A stretch of 64,000 bases of DNA from Deltaproteobacteria bacterium (GCA_026388665.1 JAPLJJ010000052.1:1780-65779); one strand, 5' to 3'. Shown: positions 19,101 through 28,736, counted from the stretch's first letter. Notes: generated by a model from the sequence alone, not told the origin. Translations and numbers: made by a program.

Positions 19101-19973
19101 TTATCTGCTCTCGCCAGCTTTTTCCCCAGGGCCAAAAATTATGCTGGACGGTTTATTTTTTATCATTCTAGTAAAATCAATTAGATTGTCTGCGCTCCTG
19201 TCCAATTTTTGCGTTAATAGACTAATATTATTATCGGTACGTCGAATCATCCTGTCTGCGCTCCGTACGGTTTCCGTGCCGGCTTGCAAGAATTCATTGG
19301 TTTTTTCAATCGTTTTGGCCAATGACTTGCCGATTTGAGCCTTTGAGAGGTCATCATTAATCTTTTTCGCGGCTTCCTTTATCTCCCGAACAGCCTCGGC
19401 AGCGTCAACCCCCATCGAATCAACCTTAGAGTCCGCCAAAATTTTGTCCAACTTGGAGGAAACCCGCAGGAAATGATTTGATATCCTCTCTATGTCCAGC
19501 GCTCTCAGTTTTTGAAATACATTCTCCAACGCTGCCCCAATCTCCTTGATGTCTGACGCATACGTCGGTATGACGCGGTAACGCGACTGGAAATTCAACT
19601 CGATTGGTTCCCTATAAAGATCGGGTTTGAAAGTGTCTAATTCCAAATACTTTAGACCTGTCAGACCGAGCAAATTAATCTTGACTCCCAGGTCATCAGT
19701 AATCTGAAAGCTCCGATTAAGCCCCATGACGACCTCTATGAGCTTACCGTCAGGCGCCATTCGAATCTGCTTCACCCGCCCGACAGGAACTCCCCTGTAC
19801 TTGACCGGACTATCCGACTCCAGACCTTGTACACTCTCGGTGAAATACGCCACCACGGTTTGTGAATCTTCAAAGTATCTTGAAGCCCCCAGCCAGATTA
19901 GTATGGAGACAATCAACAACAAACTTGCGATCAAAAACAGGCCTATCTTAAATTTTGTTGACTGCTCATACAT
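19101..19973 (-). CDS. MlaD/Mce-domain protein
   Basis: N-terminal TM (IGLFLIASLLLIVSILIWL), then the MCE block VVAYFTESVQGLESDSPVKYRGVPVGRVKQI and a long helical C-terminus. The start is placed at ATG 19973 after GGGAGAA. Confidence 0.75.
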   Translation of the reverse strand: MYEQSTKFKIGLFLIASLLLIVSILIWLGASRYFEDSQTVVAYFTESVQGLESDSPVKYRGVPVGRVKQIRMAPDGKLIEVVMGLNRSFQITDDLGVKINLLGLTGLKYLELDTFKPDLYREPIELNFQSRYRVIPTYASDIKEIGAALENVFQKLRALDIERISNHFLRVSSKLDKILADSKVDSMGVDAAEAVREIKEAAKKINDDLSKAQIGKSLAKTIEKTNEFLQAGTETVRSADRMIRRTDNNISLLTQKLDRSADNLIDFTRMIKNKPSSIIFGPGEKAGESR

Positions 19974-20162
19974 CTTGTTCTCCCGCCTGCAATCAAGTCC
20001 CCAAGACTTCATAGTTAAGAACAAATCAAACTGTGTCTAACGCTAATTAGCACACTATTGGATTTGTTTCAGCATCCTTCCTGTTTATCTTTTTAAGAAA
20101 TTTTCCGACTCTCGTCATGCAAAAACGCCTCAAGGGTTGTTGATAGAATTCAGAAGTTGGTT

Positions 20163-20924
20163 CTAGTCGACATGCCCTCGAAAAAAGTCCCTTATTCGAG
20201 GATCTGAAGTGTTTTTTCGTAGTTCCTCCGGGGGGCCCTCAGCTATTATTGTCTTTTCTGACGGATCCAGTAAAATTGCCCGGTCGGCGACAGTAAACAC
20301 GCTCCTGAGTTCGTGTGTTATGACAACAATTGTAGTTCCCATGGACGAATTTATGCTTAGGATAGTTTCGTCAAGTTCTGCGCTTGTCAGCGGATCAAGG
20401 CCGGCAGAGGGCTCATCAAAAAAAAGTATTTCCGGGTCAAGCGCCATTGCTCTGGCTAGCGCGGCTCTTTTTTGCATACCTCCACTCAACTCTACGGGTA
20501 ATTTCCTTGCCGAATCCAGCAATCCGACCAATTCCAACTTCAAACAGACCAGTTCTTCTATCACACTTTGAGGTAAGGGAGTGAACTGGCGAAGCGGCAA
20601 CGCAACATTTTCGGCTACAGTCATGGAGCTGAAGAGAGCGCCTGACTGAAATAATACCCCTAATTTTCTCAGTATATGTAATTGTGGCCGTTCCGATATC
20701 GGCTGCATCTTTTCATCGCCATAATAGATTTCACCCGAAAATGGTCTGAGCAGACCCACCATTGCTCTAAAAAGGGTGGTTTTCCCACATCCGGAACGGC
20801 CCATAACAGCAAAGACTTCACCTTTCACAACCTCTAAAGAAACATCGCGAATCACTATTTCGCCTACGTAACCGGCCGAGACATTCCTTACAGAAATCGC
20901 CGGAATTGAATGATTCTTGGTCAA
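20163..20924 (-). CDS. ABC transporter ATP-binding protein (MlaF-like)
   Basis: Walker A GRSGCGKTT, signature LSGGMQKR, Walker B ILFFDEP, H-loop ITHEL. Confidence 0.9.
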   Translation of the reverse strand: MTKNHSIPAISVRNVSAGYVGEIVIRDVSLEVVKGEVFAVMGRSGCGKTTLFRAMVGLLRPFSGEIYYGDEKMQPISERPQLHILRKLGVLFQSGALFSSMTVAENVALPLRQFTPLPQSVIEELVCLKLELVGLLDSARKLPVELSGGMQKRAALARAMALDPEILFFDEPSAGLDPLTSAELDETILSINSSMGTTIVVITHELRSVFTVADRAILLDPSEKTIIAEGPPEELRKNTSDPRIRDFFRGHVD

Positions 20925-20995
20925 TACTATTCCTTAAAAGTAACAACAATTAATTGTGCGAACTCTTCAAATTGGGCTTCGGGTCGTTTCGACGT

Positions 20996-22132
20996 CTAAA
21001 AAGTCCAAATGCGTGGAAAATAATAAAATAGAACAGAAAATAGCGCATTAGTTGCGGTTAGAACGAATATACATGTCACAACAGCAGAGGTAGTGGCAGA
21101 ACCAACACTTTCCGCTCCACCTCTGACTTGAAAACCGCGAAAGCAACCTATACTCGCGATTTCAACACCAAAGACAAGGCTCTTGATTAATCCCTTCATA
21201 ACATCACTTATTTCCAGGACCTTTTGAACCTGATTGAAATAAGCAGTGGGGGTGATATCCAGTGAGGACCCAGCCACCGCGCACCCACCTATTATACCTA
21301 CAACATCTGCAATTACCGTCAAACAGGGGGCTGCAAGGGCCACTGCTATAATCCTTGGAGAAACGAGGTATAAAACCGGATCTATCCCCAAAACCCGTAA
21401 AGCGTCAATTTCTTCCGAAACTTGCATAGAGCCCACGTGGGCAGCGTAACCGGCGCCGGAACGACCTGATATTATGAGCGCAGTCAGCAGTGGTCCCATC
21501 TCCAAACAGATTGAAACACTCACAAGGTCTGCAACGAAAATATTGGCTCCAAACTTACGCAACTGTATCGCCGCCTGAAAAGCTAGTATGGCCCCCATGA
21601 GGAAACTTAAGACCACCACGATTGGAACTGCGTCTACCCCTGCTCTTTCAAAAAGCTTTGTGAATCCGTCCCATTTTATTGAGATCGAACGACGGAACCC
21701 CGACCAAAAAGCGTCAACTATGCCTCCAATAAAAGTTATGATGTCGAAAGCGTTGCGCCTTAGTTGGTCTATTCCCTCTACTATCTGGACGACGAGATCC
21801 GCCCCCTCGACTCCCTTGAGAATGTTTTTGCTATTGTCGATGTCAATATGGGGCGCGTCGAGAAAACGTTTTGCGCTCTTGGGAATGTTCGACAAAGTGA
21901 CCATGTTTTGACGTTTGGCGCAATTCCGGGCAAAATTTCGGATTACGGCTATGCCTGCGCCATCCAAATAATGGAGACCTCCGAGATCAACTTCAACGTT
22001 TTTGAGAGGCTGAGATTCCAGTATGCCTGATAATTCCTTATTGACGGAAACAGCGTTTTCTATGGAAATATCTCCCTTAATTTCAATTAAGAGTTCATCA
22101 AAAGACTTCTGTTTAAATTTTATTTCAAACAT
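20996..22132 (-). CDS. MlaE-family permease with N-terminal STAS domain
   Basis: The first ~110 aa resemble an anti-sigma-antagonist/STAS fold (VEVDLGGLHYLDGAGIAVIRNF). The remainder is a multi-TM MlaE-like permease (GANIFVADLVSVSICLEMGPLLTALIISGRSGAGYAA). Confidence 0.8.
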   Translation of the reverse strand: MFEIKFKQKSFDELLIEIKGDISIENAVSVNKELSGILESQPLKNVEVDLGGLHYLDGAGIAVIRNFARNCAKRQNMVTLSNIPKSAKRFLDAPHIDIDNSKNILKGVEGADLVVQIVEGIDQLRRNAFDIITFIGGIVDAFWSGFRRSISIKWDGFTKLFERAGVDAVPIVVVLSFLMGAILAFQAAIQLRKFGANIFVADLVSVSICLEMGPLLTALIISGRSGAGYAAHVGSMQVSEEIDALRVLGIDPVLYLVSPRIIAVALAAPCLTVIADVVGIIGGCAVAGSSLDITPTAYFNQVQKVLEISDVMKGLIKSLVFGVEIASIGCFRGFQVRGGAESVGSATTSAVVTCIFVLTATNALFSVLFYYFPRIWTF

Positions 22133-22209
22133 TTAGAATAATTTAGGATAAGCCTAATTCTAGAGTTAACCGTCGAATGACGCAGCCAATAATGCTTGAA
22201 AGAGGGTTT

Positions 22210-24168
22210 CTAATTTCTCGATTCGAAAAAGGCTTTTAGAGCTTTTAGCGATCGAGTCAACGGACTTTTATGAAGACTTTCGAAGAAAAATTTTCCGTAG
22301 TTTTTCGATAGAATCCGAGTATCCATAACGCACAGAGCGCCCTTATCGTTTCTCGCTCTTATTAACCTTCCCAACCCTTGTTTCAGCGCAATAACAGCCA
22401 TTGGAACCTGCAGGAGGAAAAAAGGATTCTTTCCGGCGGATCTCAATAGATCAACTCGTGTGGACAGGATCGGATCATCCGGGGGAGCAAACGGTAAACG
22501 ATCTATAATGACACATGACAACGCTTCCCCTTGAACATCAACCCCTTCCCAAAAGGAGGAGGTTGCAAAAAGGACTGCTCCTTTGTTGCTTTTGAATTCT
22601 TCGATAAGTCTTGTTTTCGGTTTCGTGCCCTGAAGCAAGAGAGGAAAAGGCAAAGTTCCCTTCAACCTCTCAAAAACAGTTTCCATGTTCCTTGTGGAGG
22701 TGAACAGCACAAAAGCCCGGCCTCCAGTTACAGAGAGGATCTCGCCTATTTTGTCGGTTATGACCTCAACAAACTGATTTGAATTAGGTTCAGGAATTGA
22801 TTCAGGAACGTAGAAAAGAGTTTGTTTATTATAATCGAAGGGGCTATCCAGGATTTCTTCTTTAGGAGAGAGATTGCCGTTAAGCCCCACACTCGACTTA
22901 AAATATTTAAAAGAGCCGCTTGTCGCCAAAGTAGCAGATGTAAACACTACTGCAGGCACTTTCTCGTAAAGCCTTGTTTGGAGAGCATGACTTATCTCTA
23001 TCGGACAGGCGTGAGCGGTCACCGCCCTATCTCTTTTTTCAACCCAACGTGCATAATCGTTCTCGGAAATAGCTCCAAAAATCGTTTCTATTTCAAGTAT
23101 TAAGTCCTGGGCGCGCTGAGCCGTATTTTTTAGTTCCTCGTTAACCTTTGCAATCCCAGCTATCATCGAAAGAAAACTACTGAGAACTTGGGATAGATTT
23201 GTTTGAGCTTCCATTACCCGACGGTCATTTGGATCTATCTTTATTTTCTGAAGTGGCGCCTCTTCGAAAATCCCGAATAGAGTCTTTGCTTGTTCCTCTG
23301 TCTTTCGCAGGGCCTTCTCAAATTTATCATCATTCACCCCTGCTTCCGCTAATCCGAAACGGCAGTCTCTAACGAATTTTCTGAATTTATAAACTCCTGA
23401 ATGGAACCCGAAATGTTGAGTCACGGCTTCCTCAAAACCATGGGCCTCGTCGACGATCAGCGCGTCAAAGCGGGGTATAACTTCCCCTCGTCCACTTGCG
23501 CGAACTGCCATATCAGACGCCAGCAAACTGTGATTAACGACCACCAGATCAACATCGGTCGCCTTAGACCTCATTTTTTGCACGAAACATCGGTCAAAAT
23601 CCAAACAGTTTCGTCCTAGACATGTTTCTGCGGTAGAACATATCTCGGACCACAGGAGGCTGTCATCCGGAAGAGTTTCTATTTCAGCTCGATCACCATC
23701 TCCTTTAATAGCAGTGACCTGGTACCATTTGATTATCCGTTCCAGAAGCTTCTCTTCCCATTGCTCATAGAAGCTGGGTTGGCGCAAATAATTCTTGAAC
23801 CTCTGGTGACATACAAAATTTCCTCGCCCTTTTAGAAGAGCGCCCTTTAAATCAGGAAACACGGTGTTTTTTACAAACGGTATGTCTTTGAAAAAAAGCT
23901 GCTCCTGAAGGTTTTTTGTGCCGGTAGAGATCACGACTTTCTTTCGACTCAAGGCGGCGGCTACCAGATAGGCCAAAGTTTTTCCCGTCCCGGTCGGCGC
24001 CTCAATAATCAAGGCATCTTCCTCCGTCAGCGCGGAAAGAACCGATTCTGCCATGATGATTTGTTGTTCTCGGAATTCATACTCTGGAATCGCTTCGGCC
24101 ATAATTCCTTCGGGACCAAGGATGGTTCTAATCTTGTTTCTTAATGAAATTTTAGAATTGTCCGACAC
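22210..24168 (-). CDS. dinG: ATP-dependent DNA helicase, DinG/XPD (Rad3) family with Fe-S domain
   Basis: Walker A APTGTGKT, DEAH box (VDEAH), and Cys cluster CHQRF...C..ETC...NC...C between motifs I and II. C-terminal helicase motifs are FWEGVD and QGLGRLIR. Confidence 0.85.
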   Translation of the reverse strand: MSDNSKISLRNKIRTILGPEGIMAEAIPEYEFREQQIIMAESVLSALTEEDALIIEAPTGTGKTLAYLVAAALSRKKVVISTGTKNLQEQLFFKDIPFVKNTVFPDLKGALLKGRGNFVCHQRFKNYLRQPSFYEQWEEKLLERIIKWYQVTAIKGDGDRAEIETLPDDSLLWSEICSTAETCLGRNCLDFDRCFVQKMRSKATDVDLVVVNHSLLASDMAVRASGRGEVIPRFDALIVDEAHGFEEAVTQHFGFHSGVYKFRKFVRDCRFGLAEAGVNDDKFEKALRKTEEQAKTLFGIFEEAPLQKIKIDPNDRRVMEAQTNLSQVLSSFLSMIAGIAKVNEELKNTAQRAQDLILEIETIFGAISENDYARWVEKRDRAVTAHACPIEISHALQTRLYEKVPAVVFTSATLATSGSFKYFKSSVGLNGNLSPKEEILDSPFDYNKQTLFYVPESIPEPNSNQFVEVITDKIGEILSVTGGRAFVLFTSTRNMETVFERLKGTLPFPLLLQGTKPKTRLIEEFKSNKGAVLFATSSFWEGVDVQGEALSCVIIDRLPFAPPDDPILSTRVDLLRSAGKNPFFLLQVPMAVIALKQGLGRLIRARNDKGALCVMDTRILSKNYGKFFFESLHKSPLTRSLKALKAFFESRN

Positions 24169-24217
24169 TTAATTGTTTCCCATCAGCAATTTTTGCAGAT
24201 AATTAATTCGGCTAAAT

Positions 24218-25627
24218 TTAGTCGTCTTTCTCCCTTGCTAAGCAAGTCTTATGGTATTTTGCGGCCTGGATCAAAATTGCGGTTGACCACTGCGGCGTGC
24301 CCAACGCGTGTAAATGCAGATATGTTCCTAGCGCATTGTATCTAAAAATCCCATCGTAAGCGCCATTTATTCCATGACCCCGCGTCACCCTGAACGCATA
24401 AGAGCTTGATTCGACCTTGTCGGAGCGAATATACGAATAATGAAATTCATGACCTTTGAGAATGGATCCGACAGCAAAAAACGGATTTTGAGCGACCACA
24501 TCAACCATCATATAACCGTGACCTTGTGGTCTCCTTTCCAGAACCGTATCAACTTCAAAAACCCCCACCATTGGATACGTAGTCTCATCAATAGTCAATT
24601 GTCTCGCAAGATACATTAATCCGCCGCATTCGGCGTAAACAGGCAGCCCTTTTTGCACAGCCTCAAGTAAGGATTTCTTGAAAATGGTGTTTTCAGCTAA
24701 ACGCTCCGCGTGTGTCTCGGGAAAACCGCCGCCAATGTAGAGAGCGTCCATGGCAGGTATGGAGCGGGCTTCAAGGGCTGTAATTTCGACCAACTCAGCT
24801 CCCGTCCTGGTTAATGCGTCCAAATTCTCGGGATAATAAAACTGAAAAGCAGAGTCTCTCAGGACGCCGATCTTAAGCCTCATATGATCTCTATTTGATT
24901 GATGTTCATCCCTAGGCGGGCAATCATCGAAAGGCTCAGCCGAATTTGCGAGATTTAACAAATTATCGAGGTCCAGCGATTGTTCGACAACGTGCGCTGC
25001 CTGTTGAATCAAATCGTTCGCCCCGGAATGCTCATACAATGGGAGAAGACCAAGATGTCTTTGTGGAAAATTGTCGAGCGATAGTTTGTTTACCGATCCG
25101 ATCACCGGAATGGAACAATATTCTTCAATAGACTCTCGAAGGGTCTTTTCGTGACGGGAACCAGCGACCCTGTTCAACACTACCGCTTTTATGGAGACTG
25201 AAGGATCCAGCATTTTGCATCCTAGCACCAGGGCCGCCGCGGTACGAGTCATCTTTGACGCGTCAACAACTAAAACTACCGGGGTTTTTAGAAGCTTGGC
25301 CAGCTCGGCGGAACTATATTCACCGGAGGCATTGACGCCATCGAATAACCCTCTGTTTCCTTCAATCATAGAGACCTCGTGGTTCATCGCCCCGGCGCAA
25401 AAGGACCTCGTCAGTGTGTCCGCGTCAAACAGGTATGAATCAAGATTCCGACATTCAGTCCGAGCGGCCTTACCCAGCCACCCGGCGTCAATATAATCGG
25501 GCCCCTTTTTAAATACCGCGACAGACAGGCCCCGGTTCATAAATGCCGCAGCTATACCGATCGTAAGTAAAGTCTTACCAGCGCCGCCTTTGAGCGCGCC
25601 AATCATTAACCTGGGAATTTTTTGCAT
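24218..25627 (-). CDS. cobyrinate a,c-diamide synthase family amidotransferase (CbiA/DsrN-like), copy 2
   Basis: P-loop-like GALKGGAGKT, VFKKGPDYIDAGWL, NFPQRHLGLLP, and a GATase domain with YAECGGLMYL and GHEFHYS. The start is placed at ATG 25627, 1 nt after the stop of copy 1. Confidence 0.8.
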   Translation of the reverse strand: MQKIPRLMIGALKGGAGKTLLTIGIAAAFMNRGLSVAVFKKGPDYIDAGWLGKAARTECRNLDSYLFDADTLTRSFCAGAMNHEVSMIEGNRGLFDGVNASGEYSSAELAKLLKTPVVLVVDASKMTRTAAALVLGCKMLDPSVSIKAVVLNRVAGSRHEKTLRESIEEYCSIPVIGSVNKLSLDNFPQRHLGLLPLYEHSGANDLIQQAAHVVEQSLDLDNLLNLANSAEPFDDCPPRDEHQSNRDHMRLKIGVLRDSAFQFYYPENLDALTRTGAELVEITALEARSIPAMDALYIGGGFPETHAERLAENTIFKKSLLEAVQKGLPVYAECGGLMYLARQLTIDETTYPMVGVFEVDTVLERRPQGHGYMMVDVVAQNPFFAVGSILKGHEFHYSYIRSDKVESSSYAFRVTRGHGINGAYDGIFRYNALGTYLHLHALGTPQWSTAILIQAAKYHKTCLAREKDD

Positions 25628-25628
25628 T

Positions 25629-27044
25629 TTACAAGTTTTCGTCTTGAACAATTTTATTTATTCGAAACTCTTGTGCCTTTCGAACGAGCGAATCCGCCCA
25701 TCGAGGCTCTCCCAACGTGTGAACATGCGCGTACATTCCAAGCGCATTCTTGAAGCACAGACCGTCATGAGCGCCGTCTATTCCGTGCCCTCTCAAAACA
25801 TCGAAAGGCCACGAATGCGGCTCAGGCTCATCTAGTATCATGGTTGAATAATGGAATTCATGTCCTCGCAGCACTTCGCCTGCCTTAAAAAATGGGTTTG
25901 GCGTCAGGGCTTTGAGTTCAACGTATCCCAACCCCTGTGGTCTTTTGTTTAGTACCGAATGAGCATTAAAGACACCGACCATTGGAAATATCCGGTCATC
26001 AATGACCAGACTCCTGGCCAGGAACATGAGACCGCCACATTCAGCGTATACAGGACCACCCGATTCAACGAACGACCTTATGGAATCTCTAAATGAACTA
26101 TTGTTTGCAAGTCTCTCAGCGTTTGTCTCCGGAAAGCCTCCTCCTATGTACAAAGCGTCTACATCTGGAAGTAATTTTGATTCAAGAGCGTTTATTTCAA
26201 TCATGTGGGCACCTCGACAAACTAGAGCTTCAATGTTTTCAGGGTAGTAAAACTGAAAGGCGGAGTCGCGAAGAATTCCTATCCTGAGATTGCTATTAAT
26301 TGGTTCACTCTGTGGCTCTTTCTCTTGTTCCGACGGGGAAACGGGATAGATTTCTTTCGCCAGTTTTGCGGCTTTTTGGATTTCGTTCAAATCTACACTT
26401 TTTTCCACAATTTCCCGAGCCTCGTCTACAAATTCAATAGCCGCAGGGTGTTCCTGGATGGGTAACAGACCAAGATGCCTCTGGGGAAAATTCTTCAATG
26501 TCATTCCGGGCACTACCCCCACCACCGGAATATTACTGATCCTTTTGATAGACTCTATTACTACGTGCTCATGTCTTGCGCCTTTAACTCTGTTTAGAAT
26601 AATACCGGCAATATGGAGATCAGGGTCAAATTCTTGGCAACCTTTGACCAGCGCGGCGGCTGTTCCTGTCATTTTTCCACAATCGATGATCATCATTGTG
26701 GGGCTTTTTAGAAGCTTCGATAGTTCCGCACTACTGAATGAACCCTGGTTGTCGACCCCATCGAAGATGCCTCTATTTCCTTCGATAATAGCTATGTCGG
26801 TATTTACGGATCGTCTCGCGAATGAACTCAGGATAATCTCCCGAGAGAACAGATATTGGTCAAGATTGTGGCACGGTCGACCGGCGGCAATGCTTAACCA
26901 TCCGGCGTCTATGTAATCCGGTCCTTTCTTGAAAACGCTAAGGATCAAGCCCCGGTTGCGTAAAGCAGCAGTCAGCCCTACAGATATGAGGGTCTTACCG
27001 GAACCTCCGTTGAGCGCAGCAATCAGTAGACTGGGAATGCTCAT
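25629..27044 (-). CDS. cobyrinate a,c-diamide synthase family amidotransferase (CbiA/DsrN-like), copy 1
   Basis: Same architecture as copy 2: AALNGGSGKT, VFKKGPDYIDAGWL, NFPQRHLGLLP, YAECGGLMFL, GHEFHYS. Confidence 0.8.
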   Translation of the reverse strand: MSIPSLLIAALNGGSGKTLISVGLTAALRNRGLILSVFKKGPDYIDAGWLSIAAGRPCHNLDQYLFSREIILSSFARRSVNTDIAIIEGNRGIFDGVDNQGSFSSAELSKLLKSPTMMIIDCGKMTGTAAALVKGCQEFDPDLHIAGIILNRVKGARHEHVVIESIKRISNIPVVGVVPGMTLKNFPQRHLGLLPIQEHPAAIEFVDEAREIVEKSVDLNEIQKAAKLAKEIYPVSPSEQEKEPQSEPINSNLRIGILRDSAFQFYYPENIEALVCRGAHMIEINALESKLLPDVDALYIGGGFPETNAERLANNSSFRDSIRSFVESGGPVYAECGGLMFLARSLVIDDRIFPMVGVFNAHSVLNKRPQGLGYVELKALTPNPFFKAGEVLRGHEFHYSTMILDEPEPHSWPFDVLRGHGIDGAHDGLCFKNALGMYAHVHTLGEPRWADSLVRKAQEFRINKIVQDENL

Positions 27045-27066
27045 CGCTTAATATTTGGGGTTTTCA

Positions 27067-28266
27067 TCATAGGTGGATTTCATCAACGAACGTTAAGGAT
27101 TGACAATTCTGGTACACATAAAAAATGTGATCAACCAAGTGATCCTTGATTATTTGAAAATCCGGGGCCCTTTCATCATGCGATTCCAATACTTGAACGA
27201 AAAGTCCGGCCCATTCTTCTATACTTTGATTGCCAAGCATTTTTATAAACCTACCTGAGAATTTTTGGTTATGGTCTCTTTCGCGCTCTTTGCTCATCAT
27301 GGCTTTAAGGAATCCATGAATGACCGGCCTTACAAATTTCTTGTCCATCCATACTAATTCTCCAACACCATTGATCCGGTCAACCCTAGCACGAACGCTC
27401 AGGTTCGCGAAAAAAATCAATAGCGCTTCATTCCTATTTTCAGTTGAGTTTTCAGGAAAGCTGACCCTACTTTGGTACTGCCTTACAGTGATCAGTTTTA
27501 CATCAGAAGCAGGATGTAACTTTGCAATAAAATCTCCGGCTGCGTGGTGCCAGGGGTAGATCTCTCGAAAGTCGGCCGGATCAAAGAAGTAGCTCAGGAT
27601 ATAAGCAATCTTTTCAATTACCTGGACAGCGAGCGTTTCAGAAAACTCATAATAACCATTGTCAGTATCCCACAGAGTGAAAACACATTGATTTTCGGTC
27701 GTCGAACTTGAGACATGGAATTCGTGATATCCTCTAAACCACTCAGCTAAGAAAATTATATTGGGAAGCTCCATAATTGAGGCGCTTGGGTCTGGTGGTT
27801 TATTGATGAAAAAGACTTCAGGCACAAAATTCTCGCTACCCATGCTCCCTAGAAACTTCAGCAGATCATAATCCTGCCTGATTCTTGATAAACCCCGCTC
27901 AGTTAACGCTACGTTAGCTGCGAACCAGATCTGGTCATTGCCTGCATGCGCCCGAACCGATGATGGATAATAATCAGCCCCCCTTTTTTCGGCCACCAGG
28001 TCTATTAGTGCTATTTCTCCGGAACTATCGATTCTCTCAAGAACCAGATTTCTAAATTCCTCGAAATTCTCAAGAATGAAAACCTTGATAGCCGCCATAT
28101 ATGCCCCATATGTGACAGAATGACTCGTGGTTTGATTAGGCTCATCCCTGGACATAAGAATAGGGGTTTCCAGATCTGCCGAATTCAGAACTCGGGTTTT
28201 GCCATCATCAGAGGAATACAAGAAACGAAAGTCTGGAATTTTAGCTGACATTTTTCTGAAGATCAC
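27067..28266 (-). CDS. hypothetical protein (no family recognised), first gene of the operon divergent from dsrABD
   Basis: Long uninterrupted ORF with ordinary composition, 22 nt upstream of CbiA-like copy 1. Start is GTG 28266 or ATG 28251. It has no TM segments and no motif I can name with confidence. Confidence 0.6.
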   Translation of the reverse strand: MIFRKMSAKIPDFRFLYSSDDGKTRVLNSADLETPILMSRDEPNQTTSHSVTYGAYMAAIKVFILENFEEFRNLVLERIDSSGEIALIDLVAEKRGADYYPSSVRAHAGNDQIWFAANVALTERGLSRIRQDYDLLKFLGSMGSENFVPEVFFINKPPDPSASIMELPNIIFLAEWFRGYHEFHVSSSTTENQCVFTLWDTDNGYYEFSETLAVQVIEKIAYILSYFFDPADFREIYPWHHAAGDFIAKLHPASDVKLITVRQYQSRVSFPENSTENRNEALLIFFANLSVRARVDRINGVGELVWMDKKFVRPVIHGFLKAMMSKERERDHNQKFSGRFIKMLGNQSIEEWAGLFVQVLESHDERAPDFQIIKDHLVDHIFYVYQNCQSLTFVDEIHL

Positions 28267-28523
28267 CGTCGTTGACTTTGGTGTTCCAAAGTATAAGGTG
28301 TCGGTCTCCCAATATTAAATATTAGGACATACTAATCCGTATGAAACCGAATGTGAATCCATTTGGCGATATTTGCCTGTAGAATAAGGTATAATCTAAG
28401 ATACAAGGGTAGTTGTTATTGACCCTTCAACCAGGAAACCTATTTGCCTGAAGCCAGCGTCACGAACCTAAATAGGACCCAATCCGAGAAGATGTTATTT
28501 ACCAAAACTGTTGGATTTTTTTC

Positions 28524-28552
28524 TTGACTTGAGCAACTCTTTTGAATTAAAT
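28524..28552 (+). promoter_or_regulatory. candidate sigma70-type promoter in the dsrA upstream region
   Basis: TTGACT, a 17-nt spacer, then TTAAAT. This would give a ~180-nt leader. Pattern match only. Confidence 0.25.
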
Positions 28553-28602
28553 TTTTAAGAATCTTCAATTCGGTGGCCTTTTTCATTCATGCTCAATAAA
28601 TT

Positions 28603-28669
28603 CGCCGGTTTGACTAAATTCTAATCAGTTCAAGAAGCTTGAACAGTCGGGTATACCGGCGTTTTATTT
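28603..28669 (+). promoter_or_regulatory. structured, terminator-like element in the dsrA 5' leader
   Basis: Outer stem CGCCGGT (28603-28609) / ACCGGCG (28655-28661). It encloses an inner hairpin GTTCAAG-aag-CTTGAAC and is followed directly by TTTTATTT, about 70 nt before the dsrA ATG. Confidence 0.35.
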
Positions 28670-28736
28670 CTGGTCACTTGAATAGATCACGATTACTCGA
28701 ATCGCAGAAGACCTAAGTAGAGAGGAGGAACCTTTA

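Noticed and set aside
28388-28395. Perfect TATAAT hexamer (28390-28395) in the dsrA upstream region.
   Set aside because: No acceptable -35 element occurs at 16-19 nt spacing and there is no TG extension, so I did not call a promoter from the -10 box alone.
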